The notes below the pieces were generated by a model. It made no database searches and was not told where the DNA came from. It saw only the letters and a list, made by a program, of their open reading frames with translations. Source: Campylobacterota bacterium (lineage in GTDB: Bacteria; Campylobacterota; Campylobacteria; Campylobacterales; Nitratiruptoraceae). Taken from it: a DNA stretch of 64,000 nucleotides. The position numbers were made by a program, and so were the translations under genes. The DNA lies in the NCBI GenBank assembly GCA_009659895.1, contig PUXX01000042.1:4209-68208 (forward strand), written 5' to 3'. This document shows positions 42,488 through 52,657 of this stretch, piece by piece; within the stretch, counting starts at the first letter, position 1; every line of letters starts with the position of its first letter.

Positions 42488-43119
42488 CGTACGCTATATA
42501 CCCTTTCTTGACCTATTTGCAGTGCTCCATCATCGGCTAGTTCGGCATTGGCTAGCGACACCCTCTGCGTCCCTATATGGACACTAAAACGCTTGCTTTT
42601 TTGAAATTCTATCCTAAAGTTACTAAAAATTTCCTTCCACGAGATTTTGCGATCCAAAAGCTCGAAGTATCCTCCCAAAAGCTCTAGATGATCCACGTCG
42701 ATATCAAGTTTGGCGAAATTTTGGGGAGCCGTGGAGGTGTTGATCCCAATACCGCACACCACCACCTTGTCCACCAAAGTCGTCACACACCCGCCGCACT
42801 TTTTCGTGCCGATATAAAAATCGTTGGGCCATTTGAGCCAGACCTTCGATCCTCTTTTTTGCAGCTCCATCTTCAAAGCGTAAGAAAAATATATAGCTAG
42901 ACTTTGCAAAGGCAGATCCAAAGGGAGCATATCCAAAGCCAGGGCGAAGGAGAAGAAGAGATTGCCACGATCCCCTATCCACTCATTGCCCCTGCTCCCT
43001 ACACCCGCATACTGATCATGGGTATAGTATGCGATGGGGGGATGGACGATTTTGGCTTTGAGATCTTCGATAAGACGCTTTTGGGTCGAGGGAAGCCTCT
43101 TAAAGGAGCGTATCTCCAA
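42484..43119 (-). CDS. birA: Biotin-protein ligase (no HTH domain)
   Basis: STQ, QYAGVGSRGNEW, KWPND, KCGG; TTG start at 43119 follows GGAGG. Confidence 0.9.
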   Translation of the reverse strand: MEIRSFKRLPSTQKRLIEDLKAKIVHPPIAYYTHDQYAGVGSRGNEWIGDRGNLFFSFALALDMLPLDLPLQSLAIYFSYALKMELQKRGSKVWLKWPNDFYIGTKKCGGCVTTLVDKVVVCGIGINTSTAPQNFAKLDIDVDHLELLGGYFELLDRKISWKEIFSNFRIEFQKSKRFSVHIGTQRVSLANAELADDGALQIGQERVYSVR

Positions 43120-44008
43120 CGCCCAACCTCCTTCCTCGTACATAACTTGCCCCATCCATCTCCTTTTTGGAAGGTGGCTGGAGTCGATAGAGTCTCAAAG
43201 CTCCTCTTTTGCACCCTACATCCACATAGTCGTGGCCTATCGAGAGGATCTTGCCAGGCTCATGAATGGAGTCTTTGTCTATGAGATCGATCTTTTTGAG
43301 CTTGAGACCACTAAAGAGATAGATCCCCGGCCACTGAATAAAGGCTCTGTATCGATTCCAGATCCTCTGGGCGTCGTCAAACTCCACCATCCCATCCTCT
43401 TTCTTGATCTTTTTGCAATAACTAGCCTCTACATCCCTCTGGGCCAAAGGCCGCAAAGTATGGAACCGCTCAAGTACCAAAGGGGTCAAGCGCTTAGCAG
43501 CTTGCGAGAGCTTCTCAAAAAGGGTGATGGCATCATCATCTTCTTCTATCTTTTCTACCTCATAGGCCAAAATATCTCCCCTATCAAGCCCCTCATCCAT
43601 GAGCATCGCCGTCACTCCCGTGATCTTCTCTCCCTCCAACAAAGCCTGCTGGATCGGGCTTGCCCCTCGATACTTTGGCAGCAAGGAGGCGTGGAGATTG
43701 ATACAAGGGGCGATATCAAGTATCGCCCTGGGCAGGATCTGGCCATAGGCAGCTACGACGATAAAATCTGGCTTCAAAGAGGCGATCCGCTCCTGGATCT
43801 GGCTCTCTTTGAGGGTAGTGGGCTGATAGATAGGGATATCGAGCCCTCTTTGTTGCAAAAAGCGTTTGGTATCGGGGGGCGTGAGGATCTGCTTGCGCCC
43901 CACTGGCTTGTCAGGCTGGGTAAAGAGGGCTAGGATCTCATAGCGATCTATAAGCCCTTCTAGAATAGTCCTAGCGTACCTTGGCGTCCCCATAAAGACT
44001 ATTTTCAT
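43100..44008 (-). CDS. fmt: Methionyl-tRNA formyltransferase
   Basis: FMGTP, TQPDKPVGR, NLHASLLPKYRGASPI. Confidence 0.97.
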   Translation of the reverse strand: MKIVFMGTPRYARTILEGLIDRYEILALFTQPDKPVGRKQILTPPDTKRFLQQRGLDIPIYQPTTLKESQIQERIASLKPDFIVVAAYGQILPRAILDIAPCINLHASLLPKYRGASPIQQALLEGEKITGVTAMLMDEGLDRGDILAYEVEKIEEDDDAITLFEKLSQAAKRLTPLVLERFHTLRPLAQRDVEASYCKKIKKEDGMVEFDDAQRIWNRYRAFIQWPGIYLFSGLKLKKIDLIDKDSIHEPGKILSIGHDYVDVGCKRGALRLYRLQPPSKKEMDGASYVRGRRLGVGDTLL

Positions 44009-44940
44009 TTTATGCCTTTGTGTGTAAGCTCTCTTTTGATGAGACTCTCCAAAAAAATGGTAGCATAGCTTCCCTTAGGCAACACAAACTCCATCCTGGC
44101 CTTACCGCCTCCCAGGCTCACATCAAGATCCTTTGGAAAAAAGAGGGCCTCTCTCCTAGCTCCAGCCAGAGGCAATGCCTCGTCATAGAGTCTTTCGATC
44201 TCTCTGGCCCTGCCCCTGGCCAAGAAGACTCTGCTTCCAGGCAAAAGACCCGTAGGTATGTGATCCTTTAAGATCTGTGGGCTTGAGAAATAGCCTCTAG
44301 GGCTTTGGTAGACATCTCCCTCCAGGCGCTTGAACCCACCAGAATCTAGCAAGACCCTATGGGCCAGCCACCGGTTGAAAAGAGAGCTTTGGTAGCTCTT
44401 GAGCAAGAAATTCTCAAGCCTGCGATCTTTGATAAATAGCTCTCCATCCAAAATCTTCCTGGCCTGATCCAGGCTCTTTGGCCCAAATCGCTGATAACCA
44501 AAATAGTTGGGCACGCCTCTTTGGGCCTCACGTGTCGCCAAGGCAAAAAGATTGGCCGATGGATGTTTGAGGGTGATGACAAATCGATTGCCCGCTAGAT
44601 CACCGATTTTTAGGGGACGGTTGTGCAAAAAGGTCTCAAGGATCTGTATATTTGGATGATAAAAGCGCTTGAGAGCTTTATAGCCAGATTTTGGTATGGA
44701 CAGATACTGGATCGTAGTGGCGTTCTTGTCCTTGAGGCCAGCGTATGTGACTCTTTGATCAAGATGACGGGCCAAGAGATCGACGACCTGCCAGGTACTA
44801 AGCCCCCTTTTTTGGAGTTTGAGGATGAGATATCCTCCCTTGTGACTCCATCGTGTGGCTGGGATCTCCTCGACAAAGAAACTCTTTGGCCCTTGATGGA
44901 AGCCAAAAGTGGCTCTCTCATCATCGAAGTAGCGTCTCAT
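44005..44940 (-). CDS. truD: tRNA pseudouridine(13) synthase (compact form)
   Basis: [34 protein letters not shown]. Confidence 0.9.
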   Translation of the reverse strand: MRRYFDDERATFGFHQGPKSFFVEEIPATRWSHKGGYLILKLQKRGLSTWQVVDLLARHLDQRVTYAGLKDKNATTIQYLSIPKSGYKALKRFYHPNIQILETFLHNRPLKIGDLAGNRFVITLKHPSANLFALATREAQRGVPNYFGYQRFGPKSLDQARKILDGELFIKDRRLENFLLKSYQSSLFNRWLAHRVLLDSGGFKRLEGDVYQSPRGYFSSPQILKDHIPTGLLPGSRVFLARGRAREIERLYDEALPLAGARREALFFPKDLDVSLGGGKARMEFVLPKGSYATIFLESLIKRELTHKGIK

Positions 44941-45698
44941 CGAGGCAAAAAGAGCGTCCCGCCAATATGACGATCCTCCAGCAAAAAGGCTTTGACCGCA
45001 CCAAGATCAAATCCGCTGGCTAGATACATAGGCTTGCCCCTTCGCATCAAAAAGTCGGCAGCTTTGAGTTTGGTGACGATGCCACCGGTGGCGAAGGTGT
45101 TGTTGGGATTGCACTCGCTTTGCAGGAGCTCCTTTGGGATCTGGCGCACCTCCTTGAGGAGCTTGGCCTGGGGATGTTTGTTGGGATCTTTGTCATAGAG
45201 CCCATCGATATCGCTCAGGATCGCCAAGAGATCCGCATCGAAATAGTAAGCCACATGGGCTGAGAGCTGATCGTTGTCTCCAAAGACCAGCTCCTCCGTA
45301 GCGGTGACATCATTTTCGTTGATGATGGGTATGACACCATTGGCCAAAAGGACCTCTATGGCGTTTCTGGCATGGGCTGTACGCCTGCGACTGTCAAAAT
45401 CATCGGCACTGAGCAGGACCTGAGCTATGGTCTTGTTAAATCTTTCGAACTTCTTTTGATAGCTTCGCATCAACAAAGGCTGACCAATGGCGGCTAGAGC
45501 CTGTTTGTTTGGGAGGTGGGACTTGTCGAGCTTGAGCTTGGTGTAGCCTGCTGCCACCGCTCCGGAGCTGACTAGGATCACCTCATACTTTTGGGCAGCC
45601 AGACTCAAAAACTCCACAAGATTTGCCATGCGGTCCTTGGCCAGACGGTTGTTCTCCGTCAACACCGCACTACCGACCTTGATCACCACTCTCTTCAC
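44937..45698 (-). CDS. proB: Glutamate 5-kinase (no PUA domain)
   Basis: [32 protein letters not shown]. Confidence 0.96.
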   Translation of the reverse strand: MKRVVIKVGSAVLTENNRLAKDRMANLVEFLSLAAQKYEVILVSSGAVAAGYTKLKLDKSHLPNKQALAAIGQPLLMRSYQKKFERFNKTIAQVLLSADDFDSRRRTAHARNAIEVLLANGVIPIINENDVTATEELVFGDNDQLSAHVAYYFDADLLAILSDIDGLYDKDPNKHPQAKLLKEVRQIPKELLQSECNPNNTFATGGIVTKLKAADFLMRRGKPMYLASGFDLGAVKAFLLEDRHIGGTLFLPR

Positions 45699-46782
45699 TG
45701 CGTACCTTTTTGACTAAATCATATAGGGCGAACTTCAAAGGCTCGATGTTGATCCCGCTCACAGCGGAGATCCCAAAGACAAAGTAGGGCTTGAGCATAT
45801 TGTAGCGCTCTAGATCTTGGAGATAGTAGCGATACCGCTTATCCAGCCCATAGCGATCTGGACCACCGGGCTCTAGATCTATGCCACGGATGAAATGCTC
45901 TATCTTTTCGTTGGCCTCTTCGACACTAAGACTATCGATCTTGGTCAAGGCAATAGCATAGCTGCGCTTGGCCAGCTGAGGACTAAAACGCTCCAGCTCC
46001 TTTTTAAGCGTCGTATACTGCATAAGAGGATCACGGTAGCTTGTGATATCGATCATATACAAAAGGGTCTTGGTCCGCTCGATATGTTTCAAAAACTTAA
46101 GTCCAAGCCCCTTGCCCTCGCTAGCTCCACCTATGATTCCCGGGATATCCGCCATCACGAAGCTCTCAAACTCGCTAATACGCACCACTCCAAGCTTTGG
46201 GGTAAGGGTCGTAAACTCATAGTTGGCAATTTCTGGCTTGGCGTTGGAGATGGCGGAGATGAGCGTCGATTTGCCCACATTTGGAAAGCCGACCAGTCCC
46301 ACGTCGGCGATGAGCTTGAGCTCTAGCCTGATATGGCGACTCTTGCCGGGAAGTCCTGGCTGAGCGTAGGTAGGACGCTGATTGGAGGCCGATTTGAAGT
46401 GCCAGTTGCCCTTGCCCCCTTTGCCCCCTTCCAAAAAGAGCTCCTTTTGTCCATCCTCGACCAGATCCAAGAGCAGCTCTCCACTCTGAGCGTCATAGAT
46501 CTGTGTGCCGGGTGGGACGATGAGGACCAGATCCTCTCCGCTCTTGCCATGCTTTTTGCGCCCCTCTCCCGGACGTCCATTTTGGGCTTTGAGGACCTTT
46601 TTGCCTTTGTAGTGAGAGAGGGTGTGGGTATTCTTATCTACTAAAAAGTAGACATCTCCCCCTTTGCCTCCATCCCCTCCATCGGGTCCCCCTTTTGGGA
46701 CAAATTTCTCCCGACGAAAGCTGACTGCTCCTTGTCCGCCTTTGCCTGAATGGACCGTGAGTTCGACACTATCTATAAACAT
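45670..46782 (-). CDS. obgE: GTPase ObgE
   Basis: Gly-rich Obg fold, [16 protein letters not shown]. Confidence 0.97.
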   Translation of the reverse strand: MFIDSVELTVHSGKGGQGAVSFRREKFVPKGGPDGGDGGKGGDVYFLVDKNTHTLSHYKGKKVLKAQNGRPGEGRKKHGKSGEDLVLIVPPGTQIYDAQSGELLLDLVEDGQKELFLEGGKGGKGNWHFKSASNQRPTYAQPGLPGKSRHIRLELKLIADVGLVGFPNVGKSTLISAISNAKPEIANYEFTTLTPKLGVVRISEFESFVMADIPGIIGGASEGKGLGLKFLKHIERTKTLLYMIDITSYRDPLMQYTTLKKELERFSPQLAKRSYAIALTKIDSLSVEEANEKIEHFIRGIDLEPGGPDRYGLDKRYRYYLQDLERYNMLKPYFVFGISAVSGINIEPLKFALYDLVKKVRSEESGDQGR

Positions 46783-46808
46783 AGGAAATCCTTGCAGAAG
46801 TTTCGGGG

Positions 46809-46854
46809 GACGAATAGTACAAAAGGGACCAAAATCCCCTTTGGACTATCCGTC
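46809..46854 (-). other. Long stem-loop in the rpmA-obgE spacer
   Basis: GACGGAUAGUCCAAAGGGGA-UUUUGG-UCCCUUUUGUACUAUUCGUC: 20-position stem with 2 G-U pairs and 1 mismatch. Confidence 0.65.
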
Positions 46855-46870
46855 AGACGGGGCGGGCCCG

Positions 46871-47128
46871 TTACTGAGCGGGATAGACAGATACTTTTTG
46901 GCGATCTTTGCCATATCGCTCAAATTTGACATACCCGTCGATAAGAGCGAAGATGGTATGATCTTTTCCAAGTCCGACATTGTTGCCTGGATGGACTTTG
47001 GTGCCTCTTTGGCGGATGATGATGTTGCCAGCTCGCACGAACTCACCACCAAATTTCTTCACGCCAAGTCTACGTCCCGCACTGTCGCGGTTGTTCTGAG
47101 TACTCCCCTGACCTTTCTTGTGTGCCAT
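46871..47128 (-). CDS. rpmA: 50S ribosomal protein L27
   Basis: [24 protein letters not shown]. Confidence 0.99.
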   Translation of the reverse strand: MAHKKGQGSTQNNRDSAGRRLGVKKFGGEFVRAGNIIIRQRGTKVHPGNNVGLGKDHTIFALIDGYVKFERYGKDRQKVSVYPAQ

Positions 47129-47137
47129 TTCTTCTCC

Positions 47138-47446
47138 TTATGGATTGATCGCGGTGATTTTGATTCTGGTGAAATCTCGACGAAAGCCTCGCTTGACTTT
47201 GGAGTCTTTTCTTCGTCGCTTCTTGAAGATGACGATCTTTTTTTCTCTGCCTTCGTTGATCACCTCACCCTCGACCACTGCGCCTTCGATATAGGGAGCT
47301 CCTACTTTGAGCTCTCCATCATCGATGGCCAGCACCTCTTTAAATTCTACTTTCGTCTTCGGCTCAAGCCCCATCTTGTCAAAACAGATGATATCACCCT
47401 CTTTGACCTTATACTGCTTGCCACCGTTTTTTATGATCGCGTACAT
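47138..47446 (-). CDS. rplU: 50S ribosomal protein L21
   Basis: [20 protein letters not shown]. Confidence 0.99.
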   Translation of the reverse strand: MYAIIKNGGKQYKVKEGDIICFDKMGLEPKTKVEFKEVLAIDDGELKVGAPYIEGAVVEGEVINEGREKKIVIFKKRRRKDSKVKRGFRRDFTRIKITAINP

Positions 47447-47506
47447 CTAGCCTATCCTTTGCCGATTTTAGTTGCGAATGGTATCAAAAGTGAGTTTAAA
47501 GTTTGT

Positions 47507-47884
47507 TTAAACTTTTGCGATAGCTTCGATCTCCACCAGGGCGTTTTTGGGCAGGGTCTTGACCGCCACGGTACTTCTGGCCGGCTTGTGATCACCAAAG
47601 AAGGAAGCGTAGATCTCGTTGACTTTGGCAAAATCCCCCATATCGGCCAGATAGATGGTGGTCTTGATCACTCTATCCAAAGAGCTGCCAGCAGCCTCAA
47701 GCACGTAGCTTAGGTTGGTAAGGACCTGCTTGGTCTGCTCCTCCACTCCCATCGCCAGCACCTCCTCACCTCCATCAGGCGTCAGAGCTATCTGACCAGA
47801 AGTAAAGACCAAATCCCCTACCTTGACCCCCTGGCTGTAGGGTCCAATAGCGGCTGGAGCGCTGGTGGTATGAACGAACTCCAT
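47507..47884 (-). CDS. ridA: RidA family enamine/imine deaminase
   Basis: APAAIGPYSQ, SGQI, PARS, VEIEAIA; start placed at MEFVH. Confidence 0.93.
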   Translation of the reverse strand: MEFVHTTSAPAAIGPYSQGVKVGDLVFTSGQIALTPDGGEEVLAMGVEEQTKQVLTNLSYVLEAAGSSLDRVIKTTIYLADMGDFAKVNEIYASFFGDHKPARSTVAVKTLPKNALVEIEAIAKV

Positions 47885-47936
47885 TTTATCTCCTTTTAAA
47901 TCTTTTGCGTTTATCATAAGAAAAAAAGGCTTTGAG

Positions 47937-49136
47937 ATGGATAAAGAGCAGCTCAAACAAAGACTCTTTTCGCTCATCGATACCCTCAAAGACAAAGTCA
48001 TAAGGGTGCGGCGCGACATCCACAAACATCCAGAACTATCGGGCCAGGAGGAGCATACCAAATATCTGGTCAAAGGGATCTTGGAGATTGAGGGGTATGA
48101 GATCAAGGAGTTTGAAGAGCACAATGGCCTCATTGCAGATCTCATAGTAGATCAAAAAAAGCCCTTCGTAGCCATCAGGGCCGATATGGATGCCTTGCCA
48201 ATCGAAGAGAAGACCGGCAAGCCCTACGCCAGCGAGGTCAAAGGGGTGATGCACGCCTGCGGTCATGACGCCCATACCGCCATAGGAGTAGGCACCGCCA
48301 TAGCGCTCATGAGTGTCAAGGAGCATCTGCCTTGGAATGTGCGATTTATTTTCCAGCCCTCCGAAGAGGTCAACGAGGGCGGAAGCGAGGAGATGATCAA
48401 AGATGGAGCGCTAGAAGGGGTCAAGGCGATTTTTGGGCTCCATGTCTACCCCTATCTCTCCACCGGCCAGATCGGATACAAATATGGCGTGATGATGGCC
48501 AGCGCCGACACCTTCACCATCCAGATCCACGGTAAGAGCGCCCACGGAGCCAGACCTCACGAGGGGGTCGACGCCATACTGGTCGCCTCCATGTGTGTCA
48601 ACTCCCTCAACCATATCATCTCACGCCGTATCGATCCCCTCCATCCAGCCGTCATCAGTCTTGGCACCATCGAAGGAGGGACGGCTCCTAACATCATCTG
48701 CGATCATGTCAAGCTCACCGGCACAGTACGCACCGTCAACGAAAAGGTACGCTCCAAGATCCCAAAAATGATGGAGGATAGTATCAAAGGGACCACCCAC
48801 GCTATGGGAGCAAAGTACGATTTTCGCTATGACTTTGGCAATCCTGAGCTCATCAACGACGACAAGATGGTCGATATCCTGGTCCAGGAGGCCAAGAAGA
48901 TCTTAGGCGAAAAAAACGTGATCGACCTCAAAGAGCCGGTGATGGGTGGAGAGGATTTTAGCAGGTATCTGCAGCTGGTCCCCGGAGCTTTCTTTCGCCT
49001 AGGTACATGCAATCCCCAAAAAGGCACCTGCGTCAGTCAACACCATCCAAAATTTGACATCGATGAAGATGCTCTGCCTATTGGGATGAAAGTCCTAGCA
49101 GCAACCGCACTAGAGGTGATGCATGAAAAACAATAG
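47937..49136 (+). CDS. M20D family amidohydrolase
   Basis: HKHPELS, RADMDAL, MHACGHDAH, FQPSEE, GEDF, HHP. Confidence 0.93.
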   Translation: MDKEQLKQRLFSLIDTLKDKVIRVRRDIHKHPELSGQEEHTKYLVKGILEIEGYEIKEFEEHNGLIADLIVDQKKPFVAIRADMDALPIEEKTGKPYASEVKGVMHACGHDAHTAIGVGTAIALMSVKEHLPWNVRFIFQPSEEVNEGGSEEMIKDGALEGVKAIFGLHVYPYLSTGQIGYKYGVMMASADTFTIQIHGKSAHGARPHEGVDAILVASMCVNSLNHIISRRIDPLHPAVISLGTIEGGTAPNIICDHVKLTGTVRTVNEKVRSKIPKMMEDSIKGTTHAMGAKYDFRYDFGNPELINDDKMVDILVQEAKKILGEKNVIDLKEPVMGGEDFSRYLQLVPGAFFRLGTCNPQKGTCVSQHHPKFDIDEDALPIGMKVLAATALEVMHEKQ

Positions 49137-50589
49137 ATTTCTCTTGAAAGTTGGGAATGATCTGACTTTTTGGCCCGCCATTGAAGCTTTTTATGAGAAG
49201 CTGTGCGATCTGGTCGATTTTCCAGATCCAGACAAAGAAGATCTCAAAGAGGCTCTTCGTGAACTGTATGAAAATGCGGTGATCCACGCCTACAAAGATG
49301 AAGAAGGTGAGATTGAGATTGTCTTTGAGCTCTATGACAATGCTCTTACGATCGAAGTGCATGACTGGGGTGAGCCTATCGATCCAGCTCTGGTCAAGGC
49401 CGTCCCCCTTGATAAAAAGGAGAAAGGCTTCAATAGAGTCTACCAGCTCACCGATGAGTTTCGCTATATCAATCTAGGGCTTGAGGGCAAGAAATTTGTC
49501 ATAGCCAAATATCTGCCTTTTCATCTCAAGCTCAATAAAGAGACACACTACTACAGTGACATCAGTGACGATTTTGAGGCAGTAGACAAGGAGCAGCTCC
49601 AAAAAAGACTTATTGTCCGCACCTTTGAGCCTGGTGATGAGATATGGATCCCCAAGCTCATCTATAGAAATTATGGCTATACCTATTTTAAAGATCTCTT
49701 CTACTATCCAGAGAAGATCTTGCAAAAAGAGCAGTCAGGTCAGATACTCTCTATCGTAGCGGAAATAGAGGGCAAGATCGTAGGCCACTTCGCACTGGTC
49801 AAACTCCCAAACTCCAACATCGCCGAAATTGGTATCGCCGTGGTCGATCCGGCCTATAAGGGGATGGGAATCATGAAGAGGATGTTTGAGCTTTTGATCC
49901 AAAAGGCGATAGAGCTAGATCTAGACGCCCTCTTTGGGGAGGCTGTTACGTTTCATCCCTACTCCCAAAGGGCCAATGCGAGATTTGGCTTTTGTACCAC
50001 AGCCTTGCTGCTAGGAGAGGTCCACCATATCGTAAGGCTCAAGGATCACAAATATCCCTTTAGCCAAAAAAGAGGAGCGGTAGCGGTGGAGTACAAACTC
50101 TTGAAAAAGTGGCCCAGAGAGCTTTACATCCCAAAAATCTACCACTCCATCATCACCAAAACCTACGACAACTGCCAAGTCCCTTACCACCAGGCTTCGG
50201 TCATATCTAGATCCACCCATCTAGATCTGGAGTACAATCCCTCATTCGCCATCGCCACCATCGTCATCGACGCCGGCGGGGAGGAATTTAAAAAAGAGTT
50301 TAAAAAGCTCTTTGATGCAGCCGTGGCCAAACACCCCGACATGATCTACGCAGATCTCAATCTCCACACACTTCACAATATCGACGAGATCGTCGATGAG
50401 CTGAGGGAGTATGGCTTTTTTTACGCAGGTGTGGAATTTTTGCGCCGCAAAGATCAAGACTATCTGCGGCTGCAATTTGAAGCGGCGGAAAATATCGAAG
50501 AGGAGAATATCGTCTGCTACAGTGACTTTTGCAAAGAGCTCCATCGTTTCATTTTAGAGGACAAAGCGTCGGTGTATAAAGAGATTTAA
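49123..50589 (+). CDS. Fusion of an RsbW-like HATPase_c domain with GNAT acyltransferase domain(s)
   Basis: N-box ELYENAVIHAY, G1 HDWG, G2-like KGFNRVYQLTD; acyl-CoA motif AVVDPAYKGMGIM; C-terminal degenerate GNAT-like YGFFYAGV. Confidence 0.8.
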   Translation: MKNNRFLLKVGNDLTFWPAIEAFYEKLCDLVDFPDPDKEDLKEALRELYENAVIHAYKDEEGEIEIVFELYDNALTIEVHDWGEPIDPALVKAVPLDKKEKGFNRVYQLTDEFRYINLGLEGKKFVIAKYLPFHLKLNKETHYYSDISDDFEAVDKEQLQKRLIVRTFEPGDEIWIPKLIYRNYGYTYFKDLFYYPEKILQKEQSGQILSIVAEIEGKIVGHFALVKLPNSNIAEIGIAVVDPAYKGMGIMKRMFELLIQKAIELDLDALFGEAVTFHPYSQRANARFGFCTTALLLGEVHHIVRLKDHKYPFSQKRGAVAVEYKLLKKWPRELYIPKIYHSIITKTYDNCQVPYHQASVISRSTHLDLEYNPSFAIATIVIDAGGEEFKKEFKKLFDAAVAKHPDMIYADLNLHTLHNIDEIVDELREYGFFYAGVEFLRRKDQDYLRLQFEAAENIEEENIVCYSDFCKELHRFILEDKASVYKEI

Positions 50590-50609
50590 TAATAACTATA
50601 TATATTTTG

Positions 50610-50618
50610 TGCTAGAAT
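50610..50618 (+). promoter_or_regulatory. Extended -10 promoter (TGCTAGAAT)
   Basis: About 30 nt upstream of the ATG at 50649. Confidence 0.5.
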
Positions 50619-50648
50619 TGAGAAAAATCTCAACAAAAAGGTTGCACC

Positions 50649-51554
50649 ATGGAAATCTTGCAGATCCTTGACGCTATCAAACTCCCCATCGAAATTCCGC
50701 TACTCAAGCACCCCGTAGCGGTCCATTTCGCCATCGTGTTGCCCATTGTGGCCCTGCTCTTGGAGATTGTCAATCTCTTTGTCAAACGTCGTTGTGTAGG
50801 GGTGATATCCTCACTGCTTCTCCTTTTGGCCACGGTAGCCTATCTGGCTGCCTTTTTTACAGGCAAGGTCGATGGCAAAGAGGCCTACGCCATGCTAAGT
50901 GCAGCCGGCAAAGAGGAGCTCAAGGAGCACAAAGAGCTAGGAATCTATCTGGTCTACGCCATAGGAGCCATCTTCTTGCTCAAATTAATCGTCGCTGGAT
51001 TTAAAAGCGGCTTGGCCAAACTCTTCTTCACCCTGGTCCTGGCCACCTTCGTGGGATTTGCCATCAAGCAGGGCAAAGATGGCGGAGAGCTTGTCTATGA
51101 ATATGGAGCCAATGTCAAGGCTGTAAGTGAGCTAGACGACAAGATCATGGAGCTAGAGGAGCAGCTAGAGGAGTGCCAGGGCAAGGCCACTACCCCAGCA
51201 GCCACCAAAAGCCAGCAGACTCCAGCAGTATCATCTCCAGCAAGCCAAAGTGAAGAGGAGTCACAAAAGAGCCAAAACAAGTCACCTCAAGAAGAGCCAG
51301 CCCCAAAAGCCCAGGAGGCTCCCGCTACCACACCCGCCTCTGAATCAAAAGAGACCTCAAATGAAGCAGAGGCTTCAAGCGAAACCACAATAGAGCAGAA
51401 GGCCAAAGCGGCGCTAGAAGAGATCAAAGGGGAGGCCAGCTCCACTGCCAAAGAAGCTACGTCCACTTTGGAAGAGAGCGTCGAAGAGGCTGGCGAAGCT
51501 GCCTCAACCAACCACGATATCCAGATCAATACAGAAGAGCAAACAGCCCACTAG
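50649..51554 (+). CDS. DUF2231-like membrane protein with a long acidic low-complexity tail
   Basis: HPVAVHFAIV, EHKELG, GGELVYEYG; tail rich in E/S/A/T. Confidence 0.75.
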   Translation: MEILQILDAIKLPIEIPLLKHPVAVHFAIVLPIVALLLEIVNLFVKRRCVGVISSLLLLLATVAYLAAFFTGKVDGKEAYAMLSAAGKEELKEHKELGIYLVYAIGAIFLLKLIVAGFKSGLAKLFFTLVLATFVGFAIKQGKDGGELVYEYGANVKAVSELDDKIMELEEQLEECQGKATTPAATKSQQTPAVSSPASQSEEESQKSQNKSPQEEPAPKAQEAPATTPASESKETSNEAEASSETTIEQKAKAALEEIKGEASSTAKEATSTLEESVEEAGEAASTNHDIQINTEEQTAH

Positions 51555-52657
51555 GGGCTTTGCTCAAACTTCTCTATCACCTCTTTGAAGATTGTGTAGA
51601 GCTTTTTGACTTCCTCTTTGGTCGTACGCTCGTTTGGTGCATGGATGGTGTCGTTTTTGACCCCAAATTCTACAGTAGCTACACCGCGCTCTGCAAAAAA
51701 TCTAGCATCACTGGTCCCCCCAGCCGTGCTATGTTTAGGGGTCATCCCCGTCACATCCTGGACCGCCTTGTCCATGAGCTTGACGATCTTAGAGTTTGGA
51801 TCGGTCAAAAATGGCTTTGCGCTTTGGGTGAGCTTGAGGGTGTAGTTCATTCCATCAAAATATCTATGGACAAACTCCTCCACATCTTTCATGGTCGTTT
51901 TGGTGCTGTTTCGGACATTGAACATCATCTTCAGCTTCCCCGGCGTGACATTGGTCACCTCCATACCAGCTCGAATATCGGTGATGACAAATTTGCTAGG
52001 AGCGAAAAACTCATCCCCTTCATCCAGATCGACCCCAGCCATATGGGGGAGGACCTGAGAGACCTTGTGGATGGGATTGATCGCCTTTTCGGGATAGGCC
52101 GCATGGCCCTGTTTACCAATCTTTTCGATGACACCATTGATAGAGCCTCTTCGCCCGATCTTCATCGTATCCCCAAAGATCTCTTCACACGTAGGCTCCG
52201 CCACCACGGCATAGTCTGGCAAAAGCCCCATGGCATCCAGCTCTTCTAGAGCATATCTGGTCCCCCACAGCGCCTCACCCTCCTCATCACTGGTAAGCAA
52301 AAGCGATAGCGTGCCCACATGGCCCTTGGCCTCTTTGGCAGCCTGGACAAAGGCCGCCACGCCGCTTTTCATATCTTGTGCGCCTCTAGCGTAGATAAAG
52401 CCATCCCTCTCCACAGGCTCAAAAGGATCGCTGTGCCATCCATCTCCTGGAGGTACCACATCCACATGTCCGGCAAAACACAGATGCTCTCCCTCACCAA
52501 ATCTCTTGTACAAAAAGAGGTTCTTGACCCCGTTTTTGTTGAGCCAAAGAGCCTCGTACTCTTTGAGATACTCCCGAATAAAGTCTAAACTGCCCCCATC
52601 ATCTGGAGTGATACTTCGAAAAGCTAGAAGTCTCTTAAAAAGTTCGATGACCTCCAT
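51551..52657 (-). CDS. dapE: Succinyl-diaminopimelate desuccinylase
   Basis: FAGHVDVVPPG, RGAQDMKS, SDEEG, GRRGS, GGTSDARF, TIH. Confidence 0.95.
   Translation of the reverse strand: MEVIELFKRLLAFRSITPDDGGSLDFIREYLKEYEALWLNKNGVKNLFLYKRFGEGEHLCFAGHVDVVPPGDGWHSDPFEPVERDGFIYARGAQDMKSGVAAFVQAAKEAKGHVGTLSLLLTSDEEGEALWGTRYALEELDAMGLLPDYAVVAEPTCEEIFGDTMKIGRRGSINGVIEKIGKQGHAAYPEKAINPIHKVSQVLPHMAGVDLDEGDEFFAPSKFVITDIRAGMEVTNVTPGKLKMMFNVRNSTKTTMKDVEEFVHRYFDGMNYTLKLTQSAKPFLTDPNSKIVKLMDKAVQDVTGMTPKHSTAGGTSDARFFAERGVATVEFGVKNDTIHAPNERTTKEEVKKLYTIFKEVIEKFEQSP

Noticed and set aside
43034-43933. 299-aa plus-strand ORF
   Set aside because: Antisense shadow of fmt/birA with no recognisable motifs
46664-47713. 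349-aa plus-strand ORF
   Set aside because: Antisense to obgE, rpmA, rplU and ridA; a codon-bias shadow ORF
47885-48145. 87-aa N-terminal extension of RidA in the ORF track
   Set aside because: Overlaps the divergent amidohydrolase; a proper RBS (AAGGAGA) precedes the ATG at 47884
51180-51545. Possible tandem repeat or CRISPR-like array
   Set aside because: Low-complexity coding sequence with no fixed repeat unit or spacers
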